A stretch of DNA of 64,000 nucleotides, taken from positions 148,243 through 212,242 of the forward strand of contig JACQXK010000004.1 in NCBI GenBank assembly GCA_016208765.1, read 5' to 3'. This document shows positions 1-11,400 of this stretch, piece after piece (within the stretch, counting starts at the first letter, position 1; every line of letters starts with the position of its first letter). The notes beneath the pieces were generated by a model, which was not told where the DNA came from, did no database searches, and saw nothing but the letters and a program-made list of their open reading frames with translations. The DNA is from Candidatus Omnitrophota bacterium (GTDB lineage Bacteria; Omnitrophota; Gorgyraeia; Gygaellales; Profunditerraquicolaceae). Made by a program: the position numbers and the translations under genes.

Positions 1-345
1 ATACATGGCAAGCGTACGCAAAACCTTATGGCCGCATTTGTCATACCATGGTGGATTTGAAAAGATCCTATGAAATCTTTCATTAGGCCCCAAGCAATCA
101 TAAAGATCTCCGCAGCAGACCTTCACATTTTTAAATCCACTCAAGTTGGAAACAGCATCATCAAAAGCATCTCTATTAATATCAGTGGCAACAAAACGGA
201 CACCCTCAACGTTCTTACTGCTCATAGCTATAGCAGCAGTCAATATTCCGCTTCCTGTGCCAATCTCAAGCAAACGGCATCCAGTGTGAATATTTTGGCC
301 TATTACATCAACAGCCATATCTGCCAATTGCGGCTCATTATTAGG
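1..345 (-). other. Module: PrmC/HemK-like class I SAM methyltransferase (truncated by the window edge)
   Basis: LLEIGTGSGIL ... FVATDIN ... GDLY ... IFSNPPW (motif I, motif II and NPPW motif IV). Confidence 0.8.
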
Positions 346-3300
346 GAAAGTCGTTTTGGTAGCACGTATTCTTAGCGGGCTTGAACTTAGAGTAGAAATA
401 TGAAACAATTCTATTCTTGCTCTCACAGCCGAAGAGGCGCTGTAGATAGAACCGTCATAATTATTTGTTAACCACATGGGAGAAACCGCCGAAGAAGCTG
501 AAAAGTTTCCCCAGTTATCAGATATAATAGCTATGTCCGGTAAGCAACAATGTTCAAGATAATGCATAAACGACGGAGTATTTATTCTCCAGAATATTTC
601 TTTTACCCTTGATGTACCCTTATAATTATCCAGAGGCATGCTTCTCTGAAGGCCGACTAACGGATTAACCAACATCTGTATTTTAAGATCAAAATATTTA
701 CGCCATTGCCTCACTAAAAGATAATTCCTTTCAATAATCACCACGCTCCTCTGGCGATTAATCGTTAATAATTGCGGTGGCAAAGTCAACTCTCCGCAGC
801 CATCTTCATCATAGAGATCCTTTAATTCATAAATTAATTCATTTTCCCTGCCTTTATTAAAATTCCTTATACTCCTTAGCAATCCTCGTAATACAATCTT
901 TCTTGAAGAAATTTTATTATCATTTACGCTAATTTCATTATGCGACAACTCGTGATCCTGCCAACGATGGCGTTGCATTCTTACACGTGTAAGCAAATCT
1001 CCGTGAATTAACACTACATTAATACCCTCTAACCCTAACGCATATTTAATTTTTTCTGCAGTTGCAGTCTCAAATACAGAATTACCATCTAAAGCCACAA
1101 CTAAGGCTTTATCAGGATTCAGCCTCATAGCAGAAAGAATTTTCTCTTTCAACATATGTATAGTAGAAATATTGTAACCATATCTATCCACCCGCTTATA
1201 TCTCATCTTTTCTAAGAATTGCCTGTACTTGTCATTAAAATATAGGCCCAGTCTTTCTAATTCATCTTTCGGTTGAGCCGGGATTCTGGAAATACCTTGC
1301 CAATCTTCATCCTGCCATACTGCCGATTCTCTTTCATTAAGCCTCTTTCCGATACAGTTATGAACAATTAAGTCGTAGTCTGGGGATATCTTATGCACTT
1401 GATAGAATTCTCTAATTCGCGGCTCGCCAAAACAAACATTCCCTCTCTGCTTAAGATTATAATACCGGGTTTTCTCATCTGCCCAGACATAAACCGTAAT
1501 ATCAAACTTGATACCCAATAAATCTTGCAGTAACAATATAAATATACTATCAATAACAATTACCCGGCGGCGATTCTGCAGCAATAGCGATTCAACATGA
1601 CGCTTGAATGACTCGGTAGTTAATTCATCAAAAAAAACCCAAAGAAATTCTTCTCCATACGGCCGAGCAAAGTCATCAACACGTAAATGTAGTGTTCCAT
1701 CTATTTTCATTAACTTTACAAGTTCCTTACAAAATTCGGATTTTCCAACGCCTGACTCTCCGTCAACAGCCACAAGAATCGGGCGGTAAAAATCTGTCTC
1801 AAGCATTTTATCTTCAATTAACTCTTTCAATAAAGAAACAGCCTGAGCAGGGAAAATTGTGGCTTTAGCATCTGGAAAGATAGGTGAGACTTCCATTCTT
1901 CCTTGCGTGGTCACTAATGCTGCCGAGGTGGCGCTGCGCTTACCCACTGTCCCGAACGAATCGGAAACAGTTTCCGAGTTGTTAGGGAAACTGGGACCTT
2001 TTAGCACCACCGATGATGCGCCGTTTTCGGAATTAAATTTTGAATTAAGTATTGTGTCCCCGGAATTGCCGACAGAAAAACTTGAAGGATTTTTTTGCGG
2101 ATTAAAAGGTATTAGAACGATTCCTTCCTCCGGCGGACCGGTTTCCAAAACCACTGAAGAAAATTGGCTTACTTTTAATATGGCCTGTTTTGCAGCAGCT
2201 TTTAATTTAAAAGGATAGTCGCCGCGCAATATCTCCCCTATTTCTCCCAACACCCACAATGGATCAGAATAACAATTTAAATCATAAAAAAGCCAGAAAA
2301 TCGGAACAGGATTGCATGAGCCTGAATCTTCATTCATTTCTGAGAAATAGATATATTTCAGAAGGCGCAATGATTCTGCATACTTGCTTCTCTTATCAAG
2401 TTGCATGCACAAATAACTATAGAGCTCAAAAGCGCAAAATGACAACTGATTCGTCACAAAATTCTTTCTTTTATTTTCTCTGGCCCACAAACAAAAGGCA
2501 AATTTCATACATCTTGAGAGGCCTTCATTCTCAGCCAATTTAGCATACCAAAATAAAGCCAAAATGAGCTCTTCAGGAGATGCTTCCTTAGCGCGCTTAC
2601 CATTTGAATCTTTAATTTTGGAATAACAATTATTAATTTTTGTTTGGCTGGAATATTTTGGATTTAAAATAAAGGACATAAAATCAATGAACCTGTTCGC
2701 TTTAACAGCAGCCTTCAGACGATGATACAAACTAAGAGAAAATTCAAGCGGCATACTTAATTGTTCTAAGCATTCTATCAGCAAACCAATTCCATCAATT
2801 TTGTCTTTCAGCGCAGAAGAACACATTTTCTCAGGATCAAAACCAGGCTCATTATTTCCCACTAAGTTTATTCTTTTTAAGAAAAATTTATGCATATAAG
2901 CAAAAAAGTTTCTTTTTCTATAAGCATCGTGCGCCTCGTAAGGAATACGAGAGAACTGATCTTTCCCATTAAAAGCTTCCGGATCGCGGCCGCTTTGTGA
3001 TAGAAAATATTCCGATTCTTCCAAACTATCTTCTTTAAGCTCAAATTTAGGCATACCCCATCTATTCAGGAATATATTCATTACCCCTCTTATCGTATGG
3101 CCATTTTTGTCCCAAAAAGGATGTAACTCCATAATAAAACGCCAATGAGCCTCGGAGATTAAATCAATTATCCCAAGTTTATCAGGATTATTATTTAACA
3201 AATCAAGGATACTTTTGACGCCCTCTGAAATTTCTTTTCCGGTAAAAATTGGGAAAGTCTTAACAATATCACCTTGGCAACCTTCATCTAAAACAATATC

Positions 3301-6300
3301 TCTAATCTTACAGGAAAGGCCACTCCGGTATTTTCCTGCCAGGTCTGATCTCAAATCATACTCTCTGAAATATAAACAATTTAGCAATATTACATCTTCT
3401 TCAGTAAGTGGCCTGTTCGCACAAACTAAATAATTAATTAATTCACAGGAAGTGGCAATTTCAGGGCCGTTTACTTCTTTCTCTATGGCAGAGCTGGAGT
3501 TATGATAAAAATGTCCACTGTTTTTCACCGACGAGTGAGCTCCACGTTTACCCACTGTCCCGATTGATTTGGAAACAGTTTCCAAGTTGTTCGGGAAACT
3601 GGGCTCTTTTAGCACCGCCGAGGATGTGCCCTCATCGGAATCAAGTATTGCGCTGCTGCCGGAATTCCCCTTCCTGCGTTCTTCCTTTCTCCTGGCAGTA
3701 GCAATAATAAATTCATTGACTGATGCACATATGCCTCCAACGCCTAAGCCGCTATCTTTGATTGTAGCTTCAGGATCCCTGTCTCCATTAGCTGCACCCC
3801 AATTATTTATACCTAACGCCAAAACTGGATTCCTTGTCTCCGGGAAAGAAGTAACGATGCCGCTAACAGTATCTGCCAGAATCTCCTTCTTGGCGTCATG
3901 TATTGTGATAATAGGAACACCGTCGATAATCAATCTCTTAAGATTTTCTTTTAATGATTCGTTATCTAATCTTGTAACATTAATAATCCGAGCCGTAATA
4001 TTTTGGCGCCTGAGCCACGATGTTGCCTCTAATACGTTCTTCATTATTGCGCCCGTTGCTATAATAATTACATCCGGATGTTCAATATCTTCCCCTTTTA
4101 TAACATAGGCCCCCTTGCTGGGCTGAGAGGAACAACCTCTGTCTAATAAGGGGATGCTTAATCTTGAGGTCCGGAAATATACCGGCCCCTGCCTGTTTAA
4201 TGCTAGCTTCACAAGTTGATAGGTCTCATTCTGGTCAGATGGCTCAAAGTATGCCAATCCTGGAATATATTTATATAAAGCAGGTTCGTAAGAAGATTGG
4301 TGGCTGCGCCCCCCCATAGCCGAAGTTACCCCTCCAACTGCCCCCCAAACAATTACAGGTAAATTATCCTGTGCAATAAATCTGATTTGCTCTGCCATAA
4401 GATTAACCATGGCCTCATAGACCACAATGACCGGCCTCTTTCCTGAATCAGCTAAGCCAGCGGAAATGTTGGCCATACATTGTTCACGAATCCCGATATC
4501 ATAATATCTCCCAGGAAACTCCTTTTTGAAGACATGAATCCCCAAAGAATGAGAACCGGTAAGATCAGAGGTCAATAAAATAATCCTCGTATCGCTATTG
4601 GCCAGTTGGATCAATGATTGAATAAAGGCCGAAGTATTATTTTCGGGAATCATTTTTTCAGAGCTGAAGAACATTGCCTCAGCCTCAACTGAATCTGTGG
4701 CATCTTCAGGCATCTTCCTTATTGGTTCTTTTGGCCGATCAGAATTACATTTATGAATAAGCTGCTCAAGAGTAAGCCTGGTTTGCTTTTCTAATAAATT
4801 TATCTTTGCAATCAATTCGGCTTCCCCTTGCCGGAATAATCGTGGACTGGGCTGGCCATGGTGCCAACGTGAATTACCCTTCAAAGAATCCTTCTCCATA
4901 TAGGATATACCCTTGCCCATGATGGTATTGGCTATGATAATGGTAGGCATCTTTGTTTGCTTTCTTGCCTGTCTCAAGGCTTTGCCTAACGCCGCAAAAT
5001 CATGTCCATCAGTTTCTATAACGCGCCAACCACTCATTCTCCAAAAAGCCGAATTACAGGTCCTTGTATTTTTGGATGTTGGGCCGCTCAGCTGCAGATT
5101 ATTTTTGTCCATAATGGCGATCAAATTCGACAGCCCCAAGAAAGGCGCGACAGCTGCCGCTTCGCTAATCTGCCCCTCTTCTGATTCTCCGTCTCCGAAA
5201 ATCACATACGTATGACGCGATCTTCCGTCAATTTTATCAGCAAGGGCCATTCCGATACCTCGGCCAAGCCCTTGCCCTAAGGATCCAGTAGAAGCCTCTA
5301 TGCCGGGAGTCAAATAAGCGCAAGGATGGGCATTTAATATAGAACCGTACTTGCGAAAGTTATTAAGCTCTCTGCGCTCAAAGAAACCAAATATAGAGAG
5401 TATTGAATACAGGGAGGCTGCAGCGTGGCCTTCGGATAAGATCAATCGATCGCGATTTTGCCAATCATCAATTATTAAATGCCCATCGAAATATAGAGAA
5501 ACTAAAATATCTGTAACACTATAGGTCGCGCCAAAATGGCCGGCGCCGGACATTCTTATCATATCAAAAGCATCTTTTCTTACCCATGCGGCGACCAATT
5601 CTAAATCCTTTTGAGTAAATAGAATTTTAGGGCCGTTTCCTTTTATCCTTATGGCAGAGCTGGAGTTATGATGGAAGCGTCCCTTGTCTTCTGCCGCCGA
5701 GGAGGTATCATTTCTTGAATTAAATATTGCATCACCGGAATTATCCGAGATTTTCTTTATCATTAAATCACGCAGCAGAGTTTCGCCACCCATATAAAAA
5801 GCAAGAGAATTATGACTTCTAAAATATGTATCAAGCTCTTCCATCTTGATAATTGTTTCTTCTCCAAACAACTCAATAAAAGCTGGCATATCGCCTCTCA
5901 TATAGATACTCAAGAACTCTTTTATCGTAATACCATAGTCTGACAATATTAATCTTATTATTCCCCCAATCAAACTTCCTGCCGGAGACGGAAATTCTGG
6001 CTTAAATCCGGTCTCAAAGCTCGAAAAAAGCATAAAAACTGTTTTTGAACGAGCAAGCTGTAAGCTAATTGCTTGGTTAGAGAACTCCATATAGGCAGTG
6101 ATAGCCAGCCATTCTACAACACCTTCATTAACCCAAGTAATACCGTTACCCTGAGCAATATAATGGAAGGCTTCATGGAGAATCATCATTATTTTTCTAT
6201 TTGTATTACAGGCCTGAAACTTATTTTCATTTAAAATTATCTTATGATAAAATGGCGTTAACATTCCATCCGCTGTAGGCATATGCTGTAAAATTCTACC

Positions 6301-9300
6301 AAATAATACATCCTTGGAGAAATCTTGAAAAGAAAAACCATATTTATCGCAAAAACTCCTAGAAATCTGAACAGCTATTTTAATCAATGCCTCTTCGTCT
6401 TTATTTGGCTTTCTTGAATACTCTATTTCTCTTAGGATGACCTCAAAGAGTCCTTTAAAAACCCGCAAAAGAACCTGTTCCTTGGTTTTGGCTTCCCAAT
6501 CTCTCCTAATTTCTAGAATCCTTGCTGTGCCGTAAATAAAACTTGCTGAAAGGGCAATCTCAGAACTAAGTACTGTTTTCTTAAACTTCCTAAAAACTTT
6601 ATTTACTGACTCAATATATTCTCTCGCGTATATTCTATTTGATTTACTGACCGCCGCCGAGGAAGCACCCTGCTTACCCACTGTCCCGATTGATTTGGAA
6701 ACAGTTTCCGAGCTGTTAGGGAAACTGGGCCCTTTCTCCTGCGCCAAAGAAGCATCTGTTGCTGGCGAGCTGGATTGATTTTTAGGCTTAAATATTATTC
6801 TTTGCGGCAAATAGTTCCCATCTCCTCTTCCGCTAAGAACAGCTATGTAAATTCTTGTTCCCACCTGTTCGAGATGAATTTCTTTTCTAGTAAATAAGAT
6901 TTCGGCGCAAGCTTGATTATAATTAAATTCGTAACTATCCCTTATCCCCTTAGCCTCAACAAAAAGAACGGCTGCATCAAACCAAATTAATAAATTGTAT
7001 AAATTCGCAAAACCACAACCCCGGCGAGGACGAGTTCGCTCAAAAAGGTCAGCCGGAAACACGATTCTCTTATCAATGCCCAAGCCGTTATCAACTGCTA
7101 AAAGCTCAAAAATATTCCCCTTATCACTATTTCTGCCTTGAACCATCCTGCAAAGAATAATCATATTTCTATCTGCGGGGATATATTCGGTATTCAAAGC
7201 TAATTCGTGAGCAACTTTGCCTGCTGCCTCCTCAAGAGAAGTTGGTTGCTTATAGGCTTCTCTTACAGTGTCTTCAGCCATAAATTTACATCTACCCGAG
7301 AGAGGACTAACCAAACCATCATCGTATTCAAATGTTTCACGCGGCTCATCAAAAGTAGAAACGAATTTATAATCTTTAAACGGAAACCTATTCACAAAAC
7401 CTTGTCTATCACCGGAATCAAGATATCGCATTAGAACAGCAAATAAATCATTAGATTCTGACAAACCTGGTTTAGATTTCTCCTCAACAACAGAAGAAAC
7501 TCCTGCCAACGATGAACTTGCGCTACTTCTTGGCCGAGTTAATGAAATGAACGCTAAACCGATGAGAACTGAATAAGATAATGGTTTCGGCATAAAAAAA
7601 TCAGCGCCTGCATCAAAAACATCTCTTCTGTATAAATCTGAATCAGAGCTCATAGCTATAATCGGGATAGTCAAGCCTATGTTTCTGGCCCGCCGAATCA
7701 ATACCGGGCCGGTCATGCCCGGCATACAGCAATCAGTAATCAGAATATCAAAACTTTTCTTTGAATCTAATAAGCGCGAGGCTTCCAAGCCATTTGACAC
7801 CATTACATATTCAATTAGAACTCCTTTACCCTTTTTTCTAACCCAGCTATTATAATGCTCAAAATGGCCCTTAATTGTCATTTGTAAATCATCATCATCT
7901 TCTGCCACCAGCACTCTTTTCTGGATAATTTCATCGGGAAGACGAATATTACAGCCTTTTTTATTATTCTCAGGCACTGGGGAAGAAACAGTTACTTCAA
8001 CAAAAGGATTAAATCCCAAATCGCTCCAAAGAAGAACCCTCTGTATCCATAATTCCTTTGCAGAAAAGGTTGAAGAATTTTGCCTGATATAAGCAATGCC
8101 ATGCTGCGGAGAGATCAAAAAATTATAGCTCCACAACCTGCTATAAGTTAAAACAGAAATATCTGATGCCTTGCTTATAAAACCATTGCCGCGGCCTGAA
8201 GCAATCTTTAAAATTTCCTCATATTCTTTAAGATAATCTGCCCTGCAGATTAGATACCCCCTGGCATTACGATAATCAAAATTATCCGGCAAGGTCTTGA
8301 GATAATAATTCCGAGTGCTGTAAACCGGCAGGTTATCGTGAATCAAAACAATCTTCTCGCCTTTAGTGGTCAAAACTACGATAATTAAAAATGTGCAGCC
8401 GTTAAAAAACTCCAGAGAATCATAGAGGAAATTTCCGGATATTAACGGTGAAATCCTCGTATGCCCCTTCACCCGGAATAAACGACGGCCCCCCAGCTTT
8501 CTTGAAGATTCCCTGCTGCTGATAAGTTTACCTGTAATGGCATTATAGCTATGCACTAAGCCGGGGAATTTTGATGCAGAAAGTCTGGCCCGCGGTAACC
8601 ATGGTTTCGTGTTTAAAATACTGTTATATTCTTCAATAATCCTTATAAAATCAGCTTTTTCTTCCAACGCCGATGAGGCAGGTAAAATATCCTGAGGGAT
8701 CCAATATTTCTTAATCTGCCCCAACAAATCTTTTTCCACAAGCTTATTTAATCTTTCAAGATTATCGGAAAAATGCTTAATCTGCTCTTCTATTGCCTCT
8801 TTTCTTAACCTAAACTCTTTGGTTTTCATAAGCAATGCTGCGGGCTGACCAAAAACATCTTTAAAAACATTCACAAAATCCATATCAAATGAGCAAGCGC
8901 CTTCTATTAAATAAACCAGTTGTAGTAATTCATTTCCGTAATCTATAATCAGGCCCTTTTCTTCTTCCCCAAATTCCTGCTTGCCTGCACAAACTAATAA
9001 TTGCTCAATTATTCTACGAGATGATCCAATAAAATTAAAAACAGCTGCCTGCTTTATTTGAGCGGATTCTTTATTGTCTTCTATCGGAGATGCTGAGCCT
9101 TTTGCAGGATGAACAGAAACATCCTTTTTTACAGGAGAAATCACGCTTTCTTTTGGAATCTGTAGTAAAAGAAACCGGCCATTTATTTTAAATGCCCTAA
9201 GGCCTAGCCTTAAAGAATATTTCTCAATCTGTCCGCCAAGAAAACGCATCGCAGCCTCAGTACAAAACATACCACCATCTCTAAAACCAGAATTATTAAC

Positions 9301-11265
9301 TTCCAAAGTAGCCAAAGCACTAACATTAACGAGGATCAGGCTTCTTTTTTTACCTGAAATCAAATCATCATAATAGCAAACACCTCCTGTCCAAGAACAG
9401 CATGGATAATCTTTGCAAATTTGAGGCTTGCAATCATTATGCAAACAACAGTGGCTTAACCAAGTCAATCTCCCGGATGCATCCATATCCAATACAACCG
9501 CCATTGCGCGGCAAGCAAATGTTTTATAAAGATAAACAAACAAATCTTCCGGAAGGATCTCGTTGCCACAAAATGATCCTAAACTATCTATATCATCAGC
9601 ATGAGCTAAAATCACATCCTTGTTCAAATATCTGCCATCGGCATATTCTTTATTTAATGCACCGGATATTTCAACAGGATGCATAGAGAAGTCATTATGG
9701 TAAGGAAAGAAACAACACAATCCATCTGCGCACTGCTTGCTGCCATCTGGCCTTTCCCCATAAATAAAAGGCAGCAAATCTATTTTTCCATTATTTAGCG
9801 ACGAAGAACTCTCGGCTGGTTTACTATGAACCTGCGCAAACTCAATCTGAAATCTTTCAGAGATGGATAAAGGAGATGAAACGCCTTCTGCGCGAGAAAC
9901 AGAAACGTCAGCTGTTTTACGAAGCACATCCTTAGTTCCAAAAACAAAGAAAGCTGTCTCCCCCCAGCTGGCCAAATAATAATTATTGGTTAGCCCCAAT
10001 TCTCTATTTAAATTAAGCATGCCTCTCTCACCGGCCTTCTTCTCTAGATAATCTAATCCCCACATCCCAAAGAAAATAATCACAGACCTATCTTGAGCAA
10101 GAATTTTAAAAGCATTATTTATGGCTTTTCGCATTTCTACCCGTTTAAATTTGAAATAAACATCACAAAGCATAAAAATCGCAGAAACTGAATTCATTTT
10201 AAAAGGAAGCTTGTTCAAGAAGCTTTCTTTTAAAATATGAAAGTTATTTAAGGGCTTATTTTTGAGATTACTTAGAATAGAATGAATATTCTGAGCATCC
10301 GGCTCAATGCCATAAGTTTGCAAATGGGGATAAATCTCTGCTATTAAACGGGAATCCGCAGCTTCACCACAACCAAAATCAACAACTAAGCTATCTTTTC
10401 TTAAATCAAGTTGCGATAAAATCTTTAGCATTTTATCCCCGCAGAAAATCCTTAAATCAAAAAAATCATTTTTACCCCCGGAATATACATCAGTACAAAA
10501 CGAATACCCATGCTCAGCATCAGCAAATCTTAGCGGGTCGCTCAATTGTCCGGTTACTACCAAATAGTCTCTTAGGCTTTGCATATCCGGATCAAGGACT
10601 TCTTCCACATGAAAATCTATTACAAATTTAGGATATCTTACATTTAGATGCGTTAACTTCGTCAATTCTTGCTCGCTATAAACACCGTATCTTAAAAGCA
10701 ATTCGTCAGGAATAATAATTCTTTCCTTTTCGTTAATCGGGCTAAAAGATTTTCCATAAAGAGGTCCAGATACTTCTATTATTTGACTGACAAGATCCGA
10801 GAATTCCCCTTCCATTGCCGAAGAAGAACAATTCCGGATAGACATAAAATACTTTCCCCTCACAGGGTCACCAGGAATAACAACTCGCGGCATTTCAAAG
10901 ATACGTTCTTTTTCTAGAGAGAAATACTCAACTCTTTCTACCATTAGCGCATTACCGTCAATACCATGAATGGCTGCCCTGATAGTTATTTCGCTTGCTC
11001 CTCTTGCATGGCACCATTGATGAAAGTTTAATGGATTAGCATAATCAATAATCAAGATCTTTCCATACTTATTCAAAAGTGAAAACGCCTGTCTTAAAAC
11101 AAGCTCAATTCCCCTCATGCTGTTTAAAGATTCATTGAACAACACTAAATCAAAACCTCCGGGGGCCGCAATTTCAGGGCAGTTCAAAGCAACACGCTGC
11201 ATAATCTCAATAGCTGCATAAGCACTTCCGACATAAGCACCAGACCAAAAACCACACATCCATTT
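1..11265 (-). CDS. Giant multidomain protein, part B (>3,750 aa, 3'-truncated); frameshifted continuation of part A
   Basis: Manual translation of the minus frame (codons starting at positions divisible by 3) opens after TAA at 11268-11266, has a first ATG at 11259, and showed no stop down to base 1. It has the same SSA/SSP linkers and many domains. Its absence from the ORF track fits the lack of a stop codon. Confidence 0.9.
520..1790 (-). other. Module: tandem uridine-kinase-like P-loop domains, the second degenerate
   Basis: First copy ILVAVDGESGVGKS ... VDDF ... FDITVYVWADEKTRYYNL. Second copy LVVALDGNSVFETAT ... IHGDLL ... VIIERNYLL ... YFDLKI lacks the Walker A GK. Confidence 0.65.
1940..2018. 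repeat. Dispersed linker DNA repeat, family 1, copy A
   Basis: TTACCCACTGTCCCGA ... GGAAACAGTTTCC ... GGGAAACTGGG; other copies at 3548, 6674, 17866, 41254 and a partial copy near 37433. Confidence 0.85.
2830..3480 (-). other. Module: Fic/Doc domain
   Basis: AHWRFIMELHPFWDKNGHTIRGVMNIFL (motif at 3088-3123), a variant of HPFxDGNGRxxR. Confidence 0.8.
3548..3626. repeat. Dispersed linker DNA repeat, family 1, copy B
   Basis: TTACCCACTGTCCCGATTGATTTGGAAACAGTTTCC is identical to the copy at 6674. Confidence 0.9.
3700..5610 (-). other. tkt: Module: full-length transketolase (TPP-binding, pyrimidine-binding and C-terminal domains)
   Basis: GAGHFGATYS, RDRLILSEGHAA, HP...PGIEASTGSLGQG, GDGESEEG...DKNNLQ, DGHD, GKG, GIREQCM, SHQS, IIATG. 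Confidence 0.9.
5780..6600 (-). other. Module: gluzincin-type zinc metallopeptidase
   Basis: ILHEAFHY ... WVNEGVVEWLA: HExxH plus a downstream NEG third ligand, about 6105-6180. Confidence 0.75.
6674..6733. repeat. Dispersed linker DNA repeat, family 1, copy C
   Basis: Same sequence as at 3548; encodes PSFPNSSETVSKSIGTVGK. Confidence 0.9.
6830..7260 (-). other. Module: HATPase_c (RsbW/anti-sigma-like)
   Basis: VAHELALN ... LLAVDNGLGI ... RGCGFANL ... VGTRI (N, G1 and G2 boxes). Confidence 0.65.
7555..7920 (-). other. Module: response regulator receiver domain (intact)
   Basis: RVLVAEDDDDL ... SNGLEA ... FDILITDCCMPGMTG ... PIIAMSS ... AGADFFMPKP. Confidence 0.9.
7990..8660 (-). other. Module: possible CNF1/CheD/YfiH-like Cys-His domain
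   Basis: SLEFFNGCTFLIIVVLTTKGEKIVLIHD resembles the xxGCT-hydrophobic-strand...H pattern; short motif only. Confidence 0.3.
9370..9750 (-). other. Module: YkgJ-like CxxCxxCC cysteine-cluster domain
   Basis: QCADGLCC ... C ... CCLHNDCKPQICKDYP. Confidence 0.7.
9930..10440 (-). other. Module: class I SAM methyltransferase
   Basis: VVDFGCGEA ... TYGIEPD ... LPFKMNSVSAIF ... AFKILAQD. Confidence 0.75.
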
Positions 11266-11400
11266 TTAAGCAAAAGTTTTTCTAAGCTTCCATCTCCACA
11301 GCCTACTGAAAGAATCCTGGTTTTATTCCCGGCACAAGACTCTAATATTAATCCAAGAATGAATTTTCTGTATCCTAAGCATGATATCGTATCCGTACTC
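10850..11400 (-). other. Module: class I SAM methyltransferase split across the part A/part B frameshift
   Basis: Part A frame reads RILSVGCGDGSLEKLLLKNGCVVFGL. The -1 frame reads AYVGSAY ... FDLVLFNESLNSM ... LRQAFSLLNKYGKILIIDY. Confidence 0.8.

Noticed and set aside
46-57. DNA adenine methyltransferase or restriction-modification call from NPPW
   Set aside because: The context (EIGTGSG, ATDIN, GDLY, SNPPW) fits PrmC/HemK-like small methyltransferases better, and the domain is cut by the window edge.
1-11183. Apparent 11-kb non-coding or small-gene region implied by the ORF track
   Set aside because: Manual translation shows a continuous minus-strand frame with transketolase, Fic, REC and other domains; it is unlisted because it has no stop in the window.
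11245-11270. Canonical programmed -1 frameshift signal
   Set aside because: No X_XXY_YYZ heptamer in the correct frame, and the domain appears to lack residues, which slippage alone would not explain. Kept only as a minor possibility.
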